Below, one piece after another: positions 10,452 through 20,801 of a DNA stretch of 64,000 bases. The DNA lies in sequence record MG592671.1. One strand, written 5' to 3'. A program made the translations under genes and the position numbers. Each line of letters starts with the position of its first letter. Positions within the stretch are counted from its first letter, which is position 1. Below the pieces are notes generated by a model, which ran no database searches, was not told the origin of the DNA, and was given only the letters and a program-made list of their open reading frames with translations.

Positions 10452-13103
10452 TTATACTAATGCTCTGATTCTATCAGCAGCTTGTTTAGCCCTTTTCGGT
10501 GTTTGGTTGTACCACGTTGAATCCAACATTTCATCAGCCGCAGTATTGTAGTTGTGCTCTTTTAATGCTTGTAAGAAATTCCTAAATCCCAGGACTCCAT
10601 TTTTCCCTAACTGAAAGCACATCTCAGCTAATACAAGTTGAGCATCATATGGTATCACTATACCATGAGAAGTCGCTATACTCTTAGCTTGGCCAATAGC
10701 AGTGCATGAATCATATGATAACAGATCATCTGCCTCTGTAGAGGTAATTCCTCCTGAGAAGTCCTCATTAGACTTAATTAAGTGACCATACCCGATAGTT
10801 AAATAACCTAACGAATCATTGTACGTTTGGAACTTGTCATTTCTGTATGTTCCAGTTGCCTTTTGATATTCAAGTGTGCCTTCATGTGATTTAAGATTCT
10901 CAAGCAAGGCGCTATCTCCGCACTCTATCATCCAATTAGTTGGTTCAGGATCTCCTATCAACGTTACTGTTTCTATTTGTGGTGGACCTGAGAATGGCAC
11001 TTTTGTAGGATAACTTCCTTTTGGTAAAGGATAAAATGTTGAACCTGATTTAGGAAACAATGATGCAATACTGCTAAAGTTTGTAGTATGGACAAGCTCA
11101 CTAGACGATGAATTAGAAACTTTTAATGGCTTAGCAGGATTAGTTAATACACCTTCAGATAAACTGGCACCCTCTGCATCTTTGCCTGATTGTGTTTTTT
11201 CTATAAAAAACAAACCTGGATCTTCTGTTCCAACAAATCCTTCGAATGATGATCCTTGTCTTCTAATCTCAAATAACCATGATGCGTTTGTTCTTGCTGT
11301 GCCTATCTGACGTTTTTGTTTTATTTCATCTCTGAGTTGAAATTGCTCAGTGTCAACGTCAATATACTTATATGTTGTCGCAAAGCCATTATCATGTGCA
11401 ATAACAATAAAGTTATTCCCTATAGCTGACACAATCCCGTCATACGAACATAGTACGTTAGATGAACCTTCGATGGTCCACCCACTGTTTGTGATGGTAT
11501 TCCCGTTAGGACCTTGGATGTTTTTGCCCCAAAACCCATATTGAGCAACCCTACCAGTACTAGGCATTGCCATACCCATCGCAGATCTACTAGAACTAGA
11601 TTCCACTCCAAAGTCGTTAGTTATTGATGTCTGAACTACGTCTTCAGCATCTACACTTACAACGTCTATTTTATCAGTTTTAACCACAGGTTCTGCTAGA
11701 TTCTCTGCTGGTGAGGCCTTAGCAACACTAACTGACGCACCTGCAGCGACTGGGGTCGGAACTGGCTCGGTTGTGAATGTTTTTCCACCGTTCGCTCCGT
11801 TACCTGTATCAGATGATATGTAGTCGTGTGTGTGAGATAAGAAGCTTAATCCATCATTTGCAGAACGTAGGGCAGAACCGATAACAAAGTTTGGAGCTGT
11901 AACGTCAGAATCAGATTTAACTCCGCTAGAAACCATAGAGATTGCTCCATTAATGCTGATGTCAGCACTTCCTCCGCTAAGTTCTATTGATGAAGTTCCA
12001 GTTATGTTAGTTTTAGGAGATTCTAACCTTAAATCTCCTTGAGCTTTTATGTCAGTAGTTCCATCACTGTTTAGTGATATCGTTTCATGACATAATACGG
12101 AATATTTCCCTGCGACTTCTGTTTTAGAGTATCCACCAATCGATGTAGTAATGTTGCCACCAGCTTCAATGTTAATATCATTCTCGGCTATTAAATTCAT
12201 ATCCCCTTTTGCTCTATAAGATATGCTCTTATACGCAGTCATAGTGATATTACCTTCAGCATCCATTTCCATTCTAGCAGTGCCATCTCTGTTAATAATA
12301 AAAACATTACCATCACTCTCAGATACTAAAATTTGAGCTCCTGATCTAGTTTTCAACACTATACCTTCGTCTTTTCTAGACCCTACTGAAGTGTCGTTAA
12401 CCGGGTTCCCTAATTCTGTGTTTTGGTATCCTGTTTGGTCATCATTCCATGATGGCTGTGACATCTCATCATCCGTCCAACCATCATCTAAGCATATGTG
12501 GTTGCCTCTAGGTGATGTCATGCCGTATGTTTGTGATGGAGCCTGGCGACGTGCAGATCTATTTGGTATTCCTTTTTGAGTATCATATAGTAAATTTTGC
12601 TGTTTAAGGCCGTTCGCTAATGGAACATTAACGTACGGTTCTGTTGATGAGTTCTGTGAATTTCGATCATACTCTGTAACTGGTACAGGTGAGTCTATTC
12701 CTCCAGATTGTAACACCTGAGTGCTAGTTCCTGGTACCATTCCGTTCATACCAAAATCATATGCAGAGCTAAACCAATATGATTTTTCTGTTTGACCATT
12801 AACAAAAAAGACAAAAACTCTAGTTTCTACATCAGGCGGCACTGCCCAAAAACCATATGATTTTGGGAAAGTATCATACGATTCAGCATTTGGAGTTCCA
12901 GAAGTTCTGCCAGCAAACGGTGAGGCATAGTCAGCAGTAATCCATGAGTTTTTATTGTTTTTATCAGATGCTGATCCTTCAACCCATACCTTCAACCTTC
13001 CCATCTTTTGCGGATCTCTGTTATCTTTTACTATACCAACCTGTATAAAGCCTGTATTGAATTTAGCGTCTTGAATTTGAGCATTTTTCTCAAACTTATT
13101 CAT
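10452..13103 (-). CDS. Baseplate hub/spike protein (gp5/VgrG-like OB fold) with M23-like domain and C-terminal T4-type lysozyme
   Basis: GIVKDNRDPQKMGRLKVWV...YGFWAVPPDVETRVFVFF (gp5 OB); LKSHEG...YNDSLGYLTIGYGH...MLDSTWYNQTPKRAK (GH24 lysozyme). Confidence 0.85.
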   Translation of the reverse strand: MNKFEKNAQIQDAKFNTGFIQVGIVKDNRDPQKMGRLKVWVEGSASDKNNKNSWITADYASPFAGRTSGTPNAESYDTFPKSYGFWAVPPDVETRVFVFFVNGQTEKSYWFSSAYDFGMNGMVPGTSTQVLQSGGIDSPVPVTEYDRNSQNSSTEPYVNVPLANGLKQQNLLYDTQKGIPNRSARRQAPSQTYGMTSPRGNHICLDDGWTDDEMSQPSWNDDQTGYQNTELGNPVNDTSVGSRKDEGIVLKTRSGAQILVSESDGNVFIINRDGTARMEMDAEGNITMTAYKSISYRAKGDMNLIAENDINIEAGGNITTSIGGYSKTEVAGKYSVLCHETISLNSDGTTDIKAQGDLRLESPKTNITGTSSIELSGGSADISINGAISMVSSGVKSDSDVTAPNFVIGSALRSANDGLSFLSHTHDYISSDTGNGANGGKTFTTEPVPTPVAAGASVSVAKASPAENLAEPVVKTDKIDVVSVDAEDVVQTSITNDFGVESSSSRSAMGMAMPSTGRVAQYGFWGKNIQGPNGNTITNSGWTIEGSSNVLCSYDGIVSAIGNNFIVIAHDNGFATTYKYIDVDTEQFQLRDEIKQKRQIGTARTNASWLFEIRRQGSSFEGFVGTEDPGLFFIEKTQSGKDAEGASLSEGVLTNPAKPLKVSNSSSSELVHTTNFSSIASLFPKSGSTFYPLPKGSYPTKVPFSGPPQIETVTLIGDPEPTNWMIECGDSALLENLKSHEGTLEYQKATGTYRNDKFQTYNDSLGYLTIGYGHLIKSNEDFSGGITSTEADDLLSYDSCTAIGQAKSIATSHGIVIPYDAQLVLAEMCFQLGKNGVLGFRNFLQALKEHNYNTAADEMLDSTWYNQTPKRAKQAADRIRALV

Positions 13104-13405
13104 TAATAGCTTCCTCCTAGAAGACGTTGCACTCTGTTATTTGATGGCACACGCAACGTGATACCTGCTTGAAAATCATATATAGGATCAGCAAGTAAGT
13201 CCATGTTGGCAAGAGTGAAAATATAATATAAACGTTCGTTATCATACAACTCTTTAGCAAGTTTAGCTGGATTTTCAGCATATTTCTCTGTAAGCGTAAT
13301 AAACAAATCATCATCTGCTTCAGTAATCGGCGTTGGCTCGTAATAACCCAAGTACCATGTTTGAGGTGTGCTTCTGTACACTGAATATCGTGAGTAATTA
13401 GCCAT
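13103..13405 (-). CDS. Baseplate wedge protein, gp53/LysM-like
   Basis: PAKLAKELYDNERLYYIFTLAN...DPIYDFQAGITLRVP pattern; position between gp5-like and gp48/54-like genes. Confidence 0.75.
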   Translation of the reverse strand: MANYSRYSVYRSTPQTWYLGYYEPTPITEADDDLFITLTEKYAENPAKLAKELYDNERLYYIFTLANMDLLADPIYDFQAGITLRVPSNNRVQRLLGGSY

Positions 13406-13465
13406 ATGACTCTCCTTTTACGAGATTTTTAGTGGATATGTGAATTTCTATAATTATTGGTAATT

Positions 13466-14188
13466 TTAGATAAATCCACCTTTAAGTAACAATTTACCTT
13501 TCTTAAATTCATTTAAATTAAAATCATTAGTGACGTAACTTGCTGTTGGTTGCTGTTCAAGTGACACATTAATGTTCATTACTTGAGGAACCCAAACTTT
13601 ATCATCTTTCTTAATAAAGCTATCAAAAAACGTGTCTTTTGTACCTTCAGTTCCATAAAAACCGAAAGAGTCAGTTGCTTGGATTGGCACTTGGATATAG
13701 TCTACATCATTTCTAAATTCAAAGTTTGTGTTCTTAACAACAACTGGAATGTCATTAAACATGTAGCTACCATATGCACTAAACAGCATAACAGGAGGAG
13801 GAGTTCCTCTTGTAGATGATGATCTGCCAAAATCCATTTTAGTTAAAGTACGCAAGAAATGAATACTAGCTAACAGGTAGTATGCTTCACTTGCATTACC
13901 AACATGAAATTCTCCAGCGACTGTGATTGTAGTATTTGCTGTATTTTCAAATGTATTATATGCTGCCACAGAATGGGTTGGTTGCGTTGACTCGTAGTTT
14001 GCTGCCTGTGACACGTTAATAGTTGGTGTGGTTGGCCAAATCATTCCGTTAGTGGTTCTTAGTATAGACAACAGCCCTGGCCGAACTGGTCCTTCTGATG
14101 CATCGTCGCCGTATACGTACCCTTCAGCACCATCTCTAGGACGAAGTCTTACTCTTCGATCTACTGCCATTATATTAGTCCTTGTCAT
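13466..14188 (-). CDS. Baseplate/tail tube initiator (gp48/gp54-like)
   Basis: FPTTP-like WPTTPTI, GTPPPVMLFSAYGSYMFNDIPVVV typical of tube-fold baseplate proteins; late promoter upstream. Confidence 0.65.
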   Translation of the reverse strand: MTRTNIMAVDRRVRLRPRDGAEGYVYGDDASEGPVRPGLLSILRTTNGMIWPTTPTINVSQAANYESTQPTHSVAAYNTFENTANTTITVAGEFHVGNASEAYYLLASIHFLRTLTKMDFGRSSSTRGTPPPVMLFSAYGSYMFNDIPVVVKNTNFEFRNDVDYIQVPIQATDSFGFYGTEGTKDTFFDSFIKKDDKVWVPQVMNINVSLEQQPTASYVTNDFNLNEFKKGKLLLKGGFI

Positions 14189-14240
14189 ATTATTTTAGGT
14201 ATTTATAGTATGTATCATATGAGTAGTAACCCAACACAAA

Positions 14241-14249
14241 TGTTATAAT
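14241..14249 (+). promoter_or_regulatory. Early/middle promoter motif TGTTATAAT (representative copy)
   Basis: Identical 9-mer also at 19048, 37092, 40329, 43756, 48261, 49874, 53426, 59048, 62951, each just upstream of a non-structural gene. Confidence 0.8.
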
Positions 14250-14275
14250 AAAGTAACTATTAAAAGGAGCAACAC

Positions 14276-15178
14276 ATGACCGCAAAGCCTAAACGACAAA
14301 AGGTTAATTATCTTAATAATGCTGATTTATTAGTTGAAATTCACAAATCAAAAATGTCTTTTTGTGAACTCACTGATCAACGATATAGTTGGTATGACAT
14401 TATTGTGTTTGAAGAATCAGATATCAATCATACCAATATAGAGCAAGGTAAACTAAACCGCGTAAAACGTATAAATTCGGAAATGCTACGAACAATACAA
14501 AAAGAACACAACTGTACCCCTAAAAAAGCAACTGAAATCTTAGGTGAAGACAAACTCATCACAATTGATGACATTAACGATGACGAAGTAGTTTTCAGAC
14601 TTATGTGTAATGATTGGATACCGCAGTGTCCTAAAAAAGAAGAAAACAAACTACGGACTAATTTTAAGCCGTTCAAGCAATTTATTATTAAAAATAATGC
14701 ACCAGTTGAAGTTGCGAGATCGCACTGGGTAGGATCGTTTATTGATGGTGAGTTCCACCCGCGTAGGGGGAGATTAACAGAAGAACTAGGTAAGATGATT
14801 ATAGTCCTTGCTAATAGAACCTCAAATAAATCAAACTTCCGAGGGTACACATACTTAGATGAAATGGTAAGTGATGCTACGTTGCAAGTTGCAACTAACG
14901 CATTAAATTTTGACGAGTCTAGAGAGACTATTCAACTTAATCCATTTGCATATTACACTACTATCATTCATAATGCATTTAGGCATATACTGAATACTGA
15001 AAAGAGAAATAGAAATATCAGAGACGATCTTCTCATTGAAAACGGGTACGAACCTAGTACTACTCGAATGGCAGAGATTGAAATACAAATGGTTAAGGAT
15101 AACGAAGAGCGTCGACTTAACGAGCAAACACCAAAAACCACTTTTGGCGATGAAAGTATGTGGGGCGATGAAGACTGA
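14276..15178 (+). CDS. gp55: Late-transcription sigma factor (T4 gp55-like)
   Basis: VNYLNNADLLVEIHKSK; NFRGYTYLDEMVSDA; NPFAYYTTIIHNAF; adjacent to gp47/gp46 as in T4-like phages. Confidence 0.85.
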   Translation: MTAKPKRQKVNYLNNADLLVEIHKSKMSFCELTDQRYSWYDIIVFEESDINHTNIEQGKLNRVKRINSEMLRTIQKEHNCTPKKATEILGEDKLITIDDINDDEVVFRLMCNDWIPQCPKKEENKLRTNFKPFKQFIIKNNAPVEVARSHWVGSFIDGEFHPRRGRLTEELGKMIIVLANRTSNKSNFRGYTYLDEMVSDATLQVATNALNFDESRETIQLNPFAYYTTIIHNAFRHILNTEKRNRNIRDDLLIENGYEPSTTRMAEIEIQMVKDNEERRLNEQTPKTTFGDESMWGDED

Positions 15179-15279
15179 TACTATATTACACTTGCATTGC
15201 TATTTTAAATACAAAAACAATAGATGTAGTATATCAACATGTGGGCTGGACTGGCCCACAAAACAATAGGATTATATAG

Positions 15280-16317
15280 ATGGTAAACGAAAATCAACTT
15301 TTTGATAAAGTTATTCTCTGGACAGATATCCATTATGGATTACGTAACAATTCAAAAGAACATAATGAAGAATGTAACGCCTTTATTGATTGGATGATAG
15401 AAGATGCTAAAAAGAACAACATTAAGGATTGTATATTTCTTGGAGATTATTTCCATAATAGAAGTTCAATAAATGTCAGTACTATGCATTATGGATTAGC
15501 TGGTATGCGAAAACTAAATGATTATTTTGATAATGTTTGGTTTATAGTTGGTAACCATGATTTATTCTATAAAAATAAAAGAGATATCACATCTGTTGAG
15601 TTTGCTGATGAATTTTCTAATATCCATCTTATAAATGAGATTACTGATATTGGCGGATGCACGTTTGTGCCGTTTCTAGTTGGTGACGAATGGGAATCCC
15701 TTAAGCAAAAGAATCCGAAATATTTCTTCGGTCATTTTGAGCTTCCAGGATATAAATTAAACTCTCTTGTTCAGATGCCAGATCACGGAAAAGAATCTGA
15801 TACTATGTTTAACTGTGATACTTTGTTTAGTGGCCATTTCCATAAAAGGCAAATGAAATCAACTGAGACTGATACTAAAATTGTATATATTGGTAATTGC
15901 TTCCCTCATAATTTTAGTGATGCATGGGATGATGCAAGAGGTTCAGTAATATTAGAGTGGGGAGAAAAACCAGTATTTCGAAATTGGCCAGATGCTCCTA
16001 AATTTAGAACTGCTGATATGTCTGACGTTCTTGAGGATCCATCATATTACCTAGGTCCTAAAGTCACAATTAAAGTAACATTGGATATTGACCTAAGTGT
16101 TGAAGAGTTAATATTCATTAAAGAAACATATACAAAGTTTTATGGGTTAAAGGATTTCAACATCGTACAAGCTAAAAATCAGTTAGGTTCGGTTGAATTA
16201 GATGGGTCAGAATTACAAGCTGAGTCAGTTGATACAATAGTCGCTGATCAAATTAGCAACATTGATTCAAACACATTAGAAAAATCATTACTATTAGAAA
16301 TATACAATAGCTTATAA
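15280..16317 (+). CDS. gp47: Recombination nuclease subunit (gp47/Mre11/SbcD-like)
   Basis: Metallophosphoesterase motifs TDIHYG, FLGDYFH, VGNHD, GHFE, SGHFH. Confidence 0.92.
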   Translation: MVNENQLFDKVILWTDIHYGLRNNSKEHNEECNAFIDWMIEDAKKNNIKDCIFLGDYFHNRSSINVSTMHYGLAGMRKLNDYFDNVWFIVGNHDLFYKNKRDITSVEFADEFSNIHLINEITDIGGCTFVPFLVGDEWESLKQKNPKYFFGHFELPGYKLNSLVQMPDHGKESDTMFNCDTLFSGHFHKRQMKSTETDTKIVYIGNCFPHNFSDAWDDARGSVILEWGEKPVFRNWPDAPKFRTADMSDVLEDPSYYLGPKVTIKVTLDIDLSVEELIFIKETYTKFYGLKDFNIVQAKNQLGSVELDGSELQAESVDTIVADQISNIDSNTLEKSLLLEIYNSL

Positions 16318-16325
16318 GGAACACA

Positions 16326-18482
16326 ATGAATATTATTTTCAAATATATCGAGATGCGCAATTTTTATAGTTTTGGTAATGTCGTTCAAAAAGTAGAGCTC
16401 GACAGCTCTCCTTTAACTCTTGTTTTAGGACAAAATAACGATGCATCAGGAGCAGAAAACTCAGACAGTGCACGTAATGGTGTTGGTAAATCCGCCATGA
16501 TCCAAGCTATCAATTTCGGCCTATACGGAAAATCAGTAGGTAATAAAGTAAAAGTATCCAACCTAGTCAATAAAACTAACAAGAAAAATTGCGAAGTTAC
16601 TATTGCTTTTGAAAAAGATGGAATTCCGTATCGAATTGAAAGAAAACGAAATCCAACAAGTTTGTCCCTTTACATTGATGATATTGACATAGAATCTTTG
16701 GATGATGAAGCTAGAGGCGAAGCTAAAGATACGCAGGAAGAGATTACTGACATTCTAGGAATGCCACAGGAAATGTTTAATCAAATCGTTACCCTAAGCA
16801 CTTCAGTTGAACCATTTTTAGGACAAGGGCCATCTAAGCAGCGTGAGCTTATAGAACAGCTTTTGGGTATCACGCAACTATCTGAAAAAGCATCAGTATT
16901 GAAGGACTTAATTAAACAGACTAAGTCAAGCATCACTAATGAAGAATTTAAGCTAGACACTGTTACTAAGTCTAATGAAAAAGTTCAAACTTCTATTAAA
17001 CATTTAGAGTCACAATCTGTTAAATGGGATAGAGATACTGAGGATGGTATTGTGGAGTGTAAATCAAATCTCTCACTACTGTCATCTGTTGACATTGATT
17101 TAGAAATCACAAATCAGCATCTAGCAGAAGAGGCAAGAAAGCACAATAACAAGCTTGATGATTTAAAAGACCAAGTACAGTCATACAAAGAACACATTGA
17201 TTCTTGGGAGAAAGATAAAGAAACCTCACTTAGTAATCTACAACACAAATACGATATTCTTTGTGAAATTGATATTGAGGATGAGTTGGCAAAACATAAA
17301 GAACTTAATGTATACAATGAAGAAAGTAGAAAAATTAACGATGCTATACAAAGATATGAATTTGTTAAAAAAGATGCTGTTCGTGTTAAACGAGATGTCA
17401 CTAGACATAAAGCTCAGTTAGACAAATATCAATCCCAGTTAGATATTGCTTTTGAATCGAAATGTCATACTTGTGGGCAAGTTCTTACTGACGAAGATCA
17501 TACTGCTATCATTAGTGATCTAGAAAACAAATTAAACTCTACTAAAACAAACGTTAATGATAGTGAAGCTGAATATAAAGATCTACAAGAAAAAATGCAA
17601 CACATTAGTGATTATGAGATATATGATCTAGGAGAGAAGCCAACAGTTCACTATGTTGATATAACACAAGCTTATGAACACGATTCTAAATTAAAACGTT
17701 TGTCTGAGAAGATAAACGAAACTTATGTGATGGCGTGCCCGATGAATAGCGCATTAGAGAGAGTTCAGGACGAAATTAGTAATTTTGTTGAGCATGAAGT
17801 GCCTCTAACAGTGTATGATACAGTGGCTGAAGCTTATGAGCATAAAAATATGGTACAAGCACTCACATCAGAGCTAGAAACACTTGAAGCTCAATGTAAC
17901 CCGTATGTTGATCAGATTAAGTCACTTAAGGCTGACTCACTTCAGAAAGTGGACTATGAAGAAGTGAATCGCCTACGTAAGTTGCAGGAGCATCAGGATT
18001 TCCTTGTTAGGTTGTTAACTAATAAAGACAGTTTTGTTCGTAAACGAATTATTGAGCAGAATATACAATTCCTAAATCAAAGACTAACTCATTATATTGA
18101 TAAGTGCGGTTCTGAACATAAAGTAACATTCATCAATGATTTATCAGTTGAAATAGATAAAATGGGAGAAAATTTTGATTTTGAGAGTTTATCAAGAGGG
18201 GAAAAGTGCAGAGTTATAATTTCACTAGCGCTTGCCTTCCGAGATACGTACGAATCTCTGTACGGAGCTAATAATCTATTATTAGTTGATGAATTGTTCG
18301 ATTCTGGTACTGATCCTGCAGGTATTGAAGCATGTTATAAAATAATCAAAGAGATGAGTAGAAATAGACATAAAAACATTTATGTTATCTCCCACAGGGA
18401 AGAACTAATTGCTAGATCAGAAAAAACAATGTTAATCGTTAAAGAGAACGGATTTAGTTCAATTGAGATTGATGAAGAATAA
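16326..18482 (+). CDS. gp46: Recombination ATPase (gp46/Rad50/SbcC-like)
   Basis: Walker A NGVGKS, zinc hook CHTC, signature LSRGE, Walker B LLVDE, H-loop VISH. Confidence 0.93.
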   Translation: MNIIFKYIEMRNFYSFGNVVQKVELDSSPLTLVLGQNNDASGAENSDSARNGVGKSAMIQAINFGLYGKSVGNKVKVSNLVNKTNKKNCEVTIAFEKDGIPYRIERKRNPTSLSLYIDDIDIESLDDEARGEAKDTQEEITDILGMPQEMFNQIVTLSTSVEPFLGQGPSKQRELIEQLLGITQLSEKASVLKDLIKQTKSSITNEEFKLDTVTKSNEKVQTSIKHLESQSVKWDRDTEDGIVECKSNLSLLSSVDIDLEITNQHLAEEARKHNNKLDDLKDQVQSYKEHIDSWEKDKETSLSNLQHKYDILCEIDIEDELAKHKELNVYNEESRKINDAIQRYEFVKKDAVRVKRDVTRHKAQLDKYQSQLDIAFESKCHTCGQVLTDEDHTAIISDLENKLNSTKTNVNDSEAEYKDLQEKMQHISDYEIYDLGEKPTVHYVDITQAYEHDSKLKRLSEKINETYVMACPMNSALERVQDEISNFVEHEVPLTVYDTVAEAYEHKNMVQALTSELETLEAQCNPYVDQIKSLKADSLQKVDYEEVNRLRKLQEHQDFLVRLLTNKDSFVRKRIIEQNIQFLNQRLTHYIDKCGSEHKVTFINDLSVEIDKMGENFDFESLSRGEKCRVIISLALAFRDTYESLYGANNLLLVDELFDSGTDPAGIEACYKIIKEMSRNRHKNIYVISHREELIARSEKTMLIVKENGFSSIEIDEE

Positions 18483-18507
18483 AAAAGGAGCCTTAAGGCT
18501 CCTTTTT
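18482..18507. terminator. Bidirectional terminator between convergent gp46 and endo VII
   Basis: AAAAAGGAGCC-TTAA-GGCTCCTTTTT. Confidence 0.85.
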
Positions 18508-18993
18508 GTTTATAGTCCACGTTCCATTGAATACCTTAAGAGTGCCGTCTTTAATTAGTTTTCTGGCTTGATTCGATCTTTTTTTAACGTTCTCAAAAGG
18601 CTCTAAACCAGCCTCAGTTAATAAACGTTTTTGTTCTGTCGCTTTTAAGCCTTTAAACTTTTTTATATCCATTGTCAGAGCAGTGTGGTGAATTTTATTA
18701 TTAGACACATCTGCTTCTAAGTAATCAGCTAAGTTCCTAAGCACTTCATGAAGTGGCTTATCAGTAAGGTGTTTCATATACCTATTAAAAGAATTTTGCA
18801 CTTTGCCTTCAAAGGTGTTGCAGGTTCTGTCTAGCACAGCCCTGCAACGTTGTTCGCCAAAGTGTTGGTGGTCTAAGCAACCATCTTTGATAATTTCTTT
18901 AGTAATAGGGTCTAACCCTTTCTGTTTTTTTAGAAGTTCACGTCTATATGACGCCGCTTCTTTCGAATTTTTTAAACGGTCATCCTTTGCCAT
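18493..18993 (-). CDS. Recombination endonuclease VII (gp49-like)
   Basis: LDHQH...CRAVLDRTCNTFEGKV...LRNLADYL; first CxxC replaced by DPIT. Confidence 0.8.
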   Translation of the reverse strand: MAKDDRLKNSKEAASYRRELLKKQKGLDPITKEIIKDGCLDHQHFGEQRCRAVLDRTCNTFEGKVQNSFNRYMKHLTDKPLHEVLRNLADYLEADVSNNKIHHTALTMDIKKFKGLKATEQKRLLTEAGLEPFENVKKRSNQARKLIKDGTLKVFNGTWTINKKEP

Positions 18994-19086
18994 ATAGTTC
19001 GCCTCCCGTCGTTCTACATAGTATTTATGGCTGCACGTCTAGCTTTATGTTATAATATATTGTAACAACATAATTTAGGAGGTTAT

Positions 19087-20787
19087 GTGAAACACACAGA
19101 ACTAAAACTCTATATACTTGACGCCATAGCTGGAGCAGGTAAAACACGAGCAATAATTTACGACTCAGTTCGTAATGCTGCAAATAATGAAAGGGTTCTC
19201 ATTATTCAAGAAACATTGGATTTATTAGATCAAACCTACGTAGATATTAATAATTGGATAAAGCAACGAGCTATTACTGATGTTAAGGTTAAGCGCATAC
19301 ATTCATTAAGTAAAGATTCGTCTAAAGGAGTAGCTGGTTCTGCACTAGAGAGATGTCGATCTAACCATGCAGGTGAAATACTTCTGTTGACGAAGGAAAC
19401 ATTTTTTGAAATTAGAACTAGAGGTTACGACTTTACTGGATGGGTAGGGTATGTGGATGAATTTTTGAATCCATTTAATGTAACTAAATTATCTACAGAA
19501 TGGAAATCAGCTGAGGTTTTTGAATCGTTATACATTCCTATTGAGGAAGATAGGGAATTTAATGAGATTGGCCCTAGTTCAGAATTGTATAAAATTTTAA
19601 AATCAAAGCCTGATGATTATGCGTATAATGCCATGAAAGAAAGTGGCGTAATTAGGTCTTTGTCTGCACCATACATTCGTTGTTTTATTGATGATAAGAA
19701 AGAACATCTAGCAACTCTTATAACTCCTGACATTTTTCAAAATTTTAAAGAGGTAACAATATGTGGTGCAAAATACAACTATCATGAAATGTCTATGTTT
19801 TGGAGAGATTATGACATCCTAGAATCACCACTTAAGTCTGAATTGTTGGAAGTTAAAACAGAAGCCACTGTCTGCATCGCATACGTAAACAAAGTACGTT
19901 GGAGTTCATCTCTTAAAAGATCAAGTGACTTGATGTCTGCAATTGGTAAGTCCCTTAACGAATGGTTTGTTAACGAGAACTATATTATATCAGAAAAAGA
20001 GCGCTTCAAGAATGATCTGGGCATTATTGAGTGGGGTATTGATAGATATACTAAGACTGAGACGACTGGTGGGGTTTTTATTGGGTGTAATGTGGCTGGA
20101 ATGAATAATTACCGACAGGATACCAATGCTGCTTTCCTGAGATCTTTAGGTAGACCAATTTCGTGGTACAAAGCGGCAAGGTCTATAATGGAGTTTTCAA
20201 TGTCTGATATTTTTGATCTCGAAATAAAATGTCATAATGCGTATTCTGCATATCAATTCCTATACAGAACTAATATACGAATCCCTACGTATAAAGGCGA
20301 GATAAACTACGTAGTAGGATCAGAGCTCATAGCCAGCACTGTTAAGGAGATGATAAATTCAGATAATGTTCTTTTATACGAACTACCTGTAGATATATCA
20401 GAAATTAAAGATAGTGACATGTGTTTTGCATTCCAAAGACTAGAATGGAAAGAAGAGGAAGAGCGAGTACAAGCTGAGTGTAAGCATATGATTTCTGAGA
20501 TTAACACGTTCCTCCGATCTGCATTAAACGACACTATTGCAATAGCTCGTTCTAAAAATCTTGCAAAGGATAAAAAGTTATGGGCGGAGACGCAGCTAAC
20601 TAATTATCGAAAAGCAAACAGAATTATAAGCACTAAGAGGGATAAGAAAAATCTCGAAAAAATAAAGGTTGCTCACCAATTAGTGTTTGGGGAAGATAAT
20701 ATCCCAGAAGTTCCAGAAGAAAAATCTCTTTCAGAAAAAGAACTTGTTATTTTAAGAGCATTAGAAAAGCTAAACATCATCAAATAA
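19087..20787 (+). CDS. P-loop NTPase, SF2 helicase-like protein
   Basis: N-terminal Walker A DAIAGAGKT and Walker B GYVDEF; own TGTTATAAT promoter and terminator. Confidence 0.6.
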   Translation: MKHTELKLYILDAIAGAGKTRAIIYDSVRNAANNERVLIIQETLDLLDQTYVDINNWIKQRAITDVKVKRIHSLSKDSSKGVAGSALERCRSNHAGEILLLTKETFFEIRTRGYDFTGWVGYVDEFLNPFNVTKLSTEWKSAEVFESLYIPIEEDREFNEIGPSSELYKILKSKPDDYAYNAMKESGVIRSLSAPYIRCFIDDKKEHLATLITPDIFQNFKEVTICGAKYNYHEMSMFWRDYDILESPLKSELLEVKTEATVCIAYVNKVRWSSSLKRSSDLMSAIGKSLNEWFVNENYIISEKERFKNDLGIIEWGIDRYTKTETTGGVFIGCNVAGMNNYRQDTNAAFLRSLGRPISWYKAARSIMEFSMSDIFDLEIKCHNAYSAYQFLYRTNIRIPTYKGEINYVVGSELIASTVKEMINSDNVLLYELPVDISEIKDSDMCFAFQRLEWKEEEERVQAECKHMISEINTFLRSALNDTIAIARSKNLAKDKKLWAETQLTNYRKANRIISTKRDKKNLEKIKVAHQLVFGEDNIPEVPEEKSLSEKELVILRALEKLNIIK

Positions 20788-20801
20788 TAAACACCAAAAA
20801 A

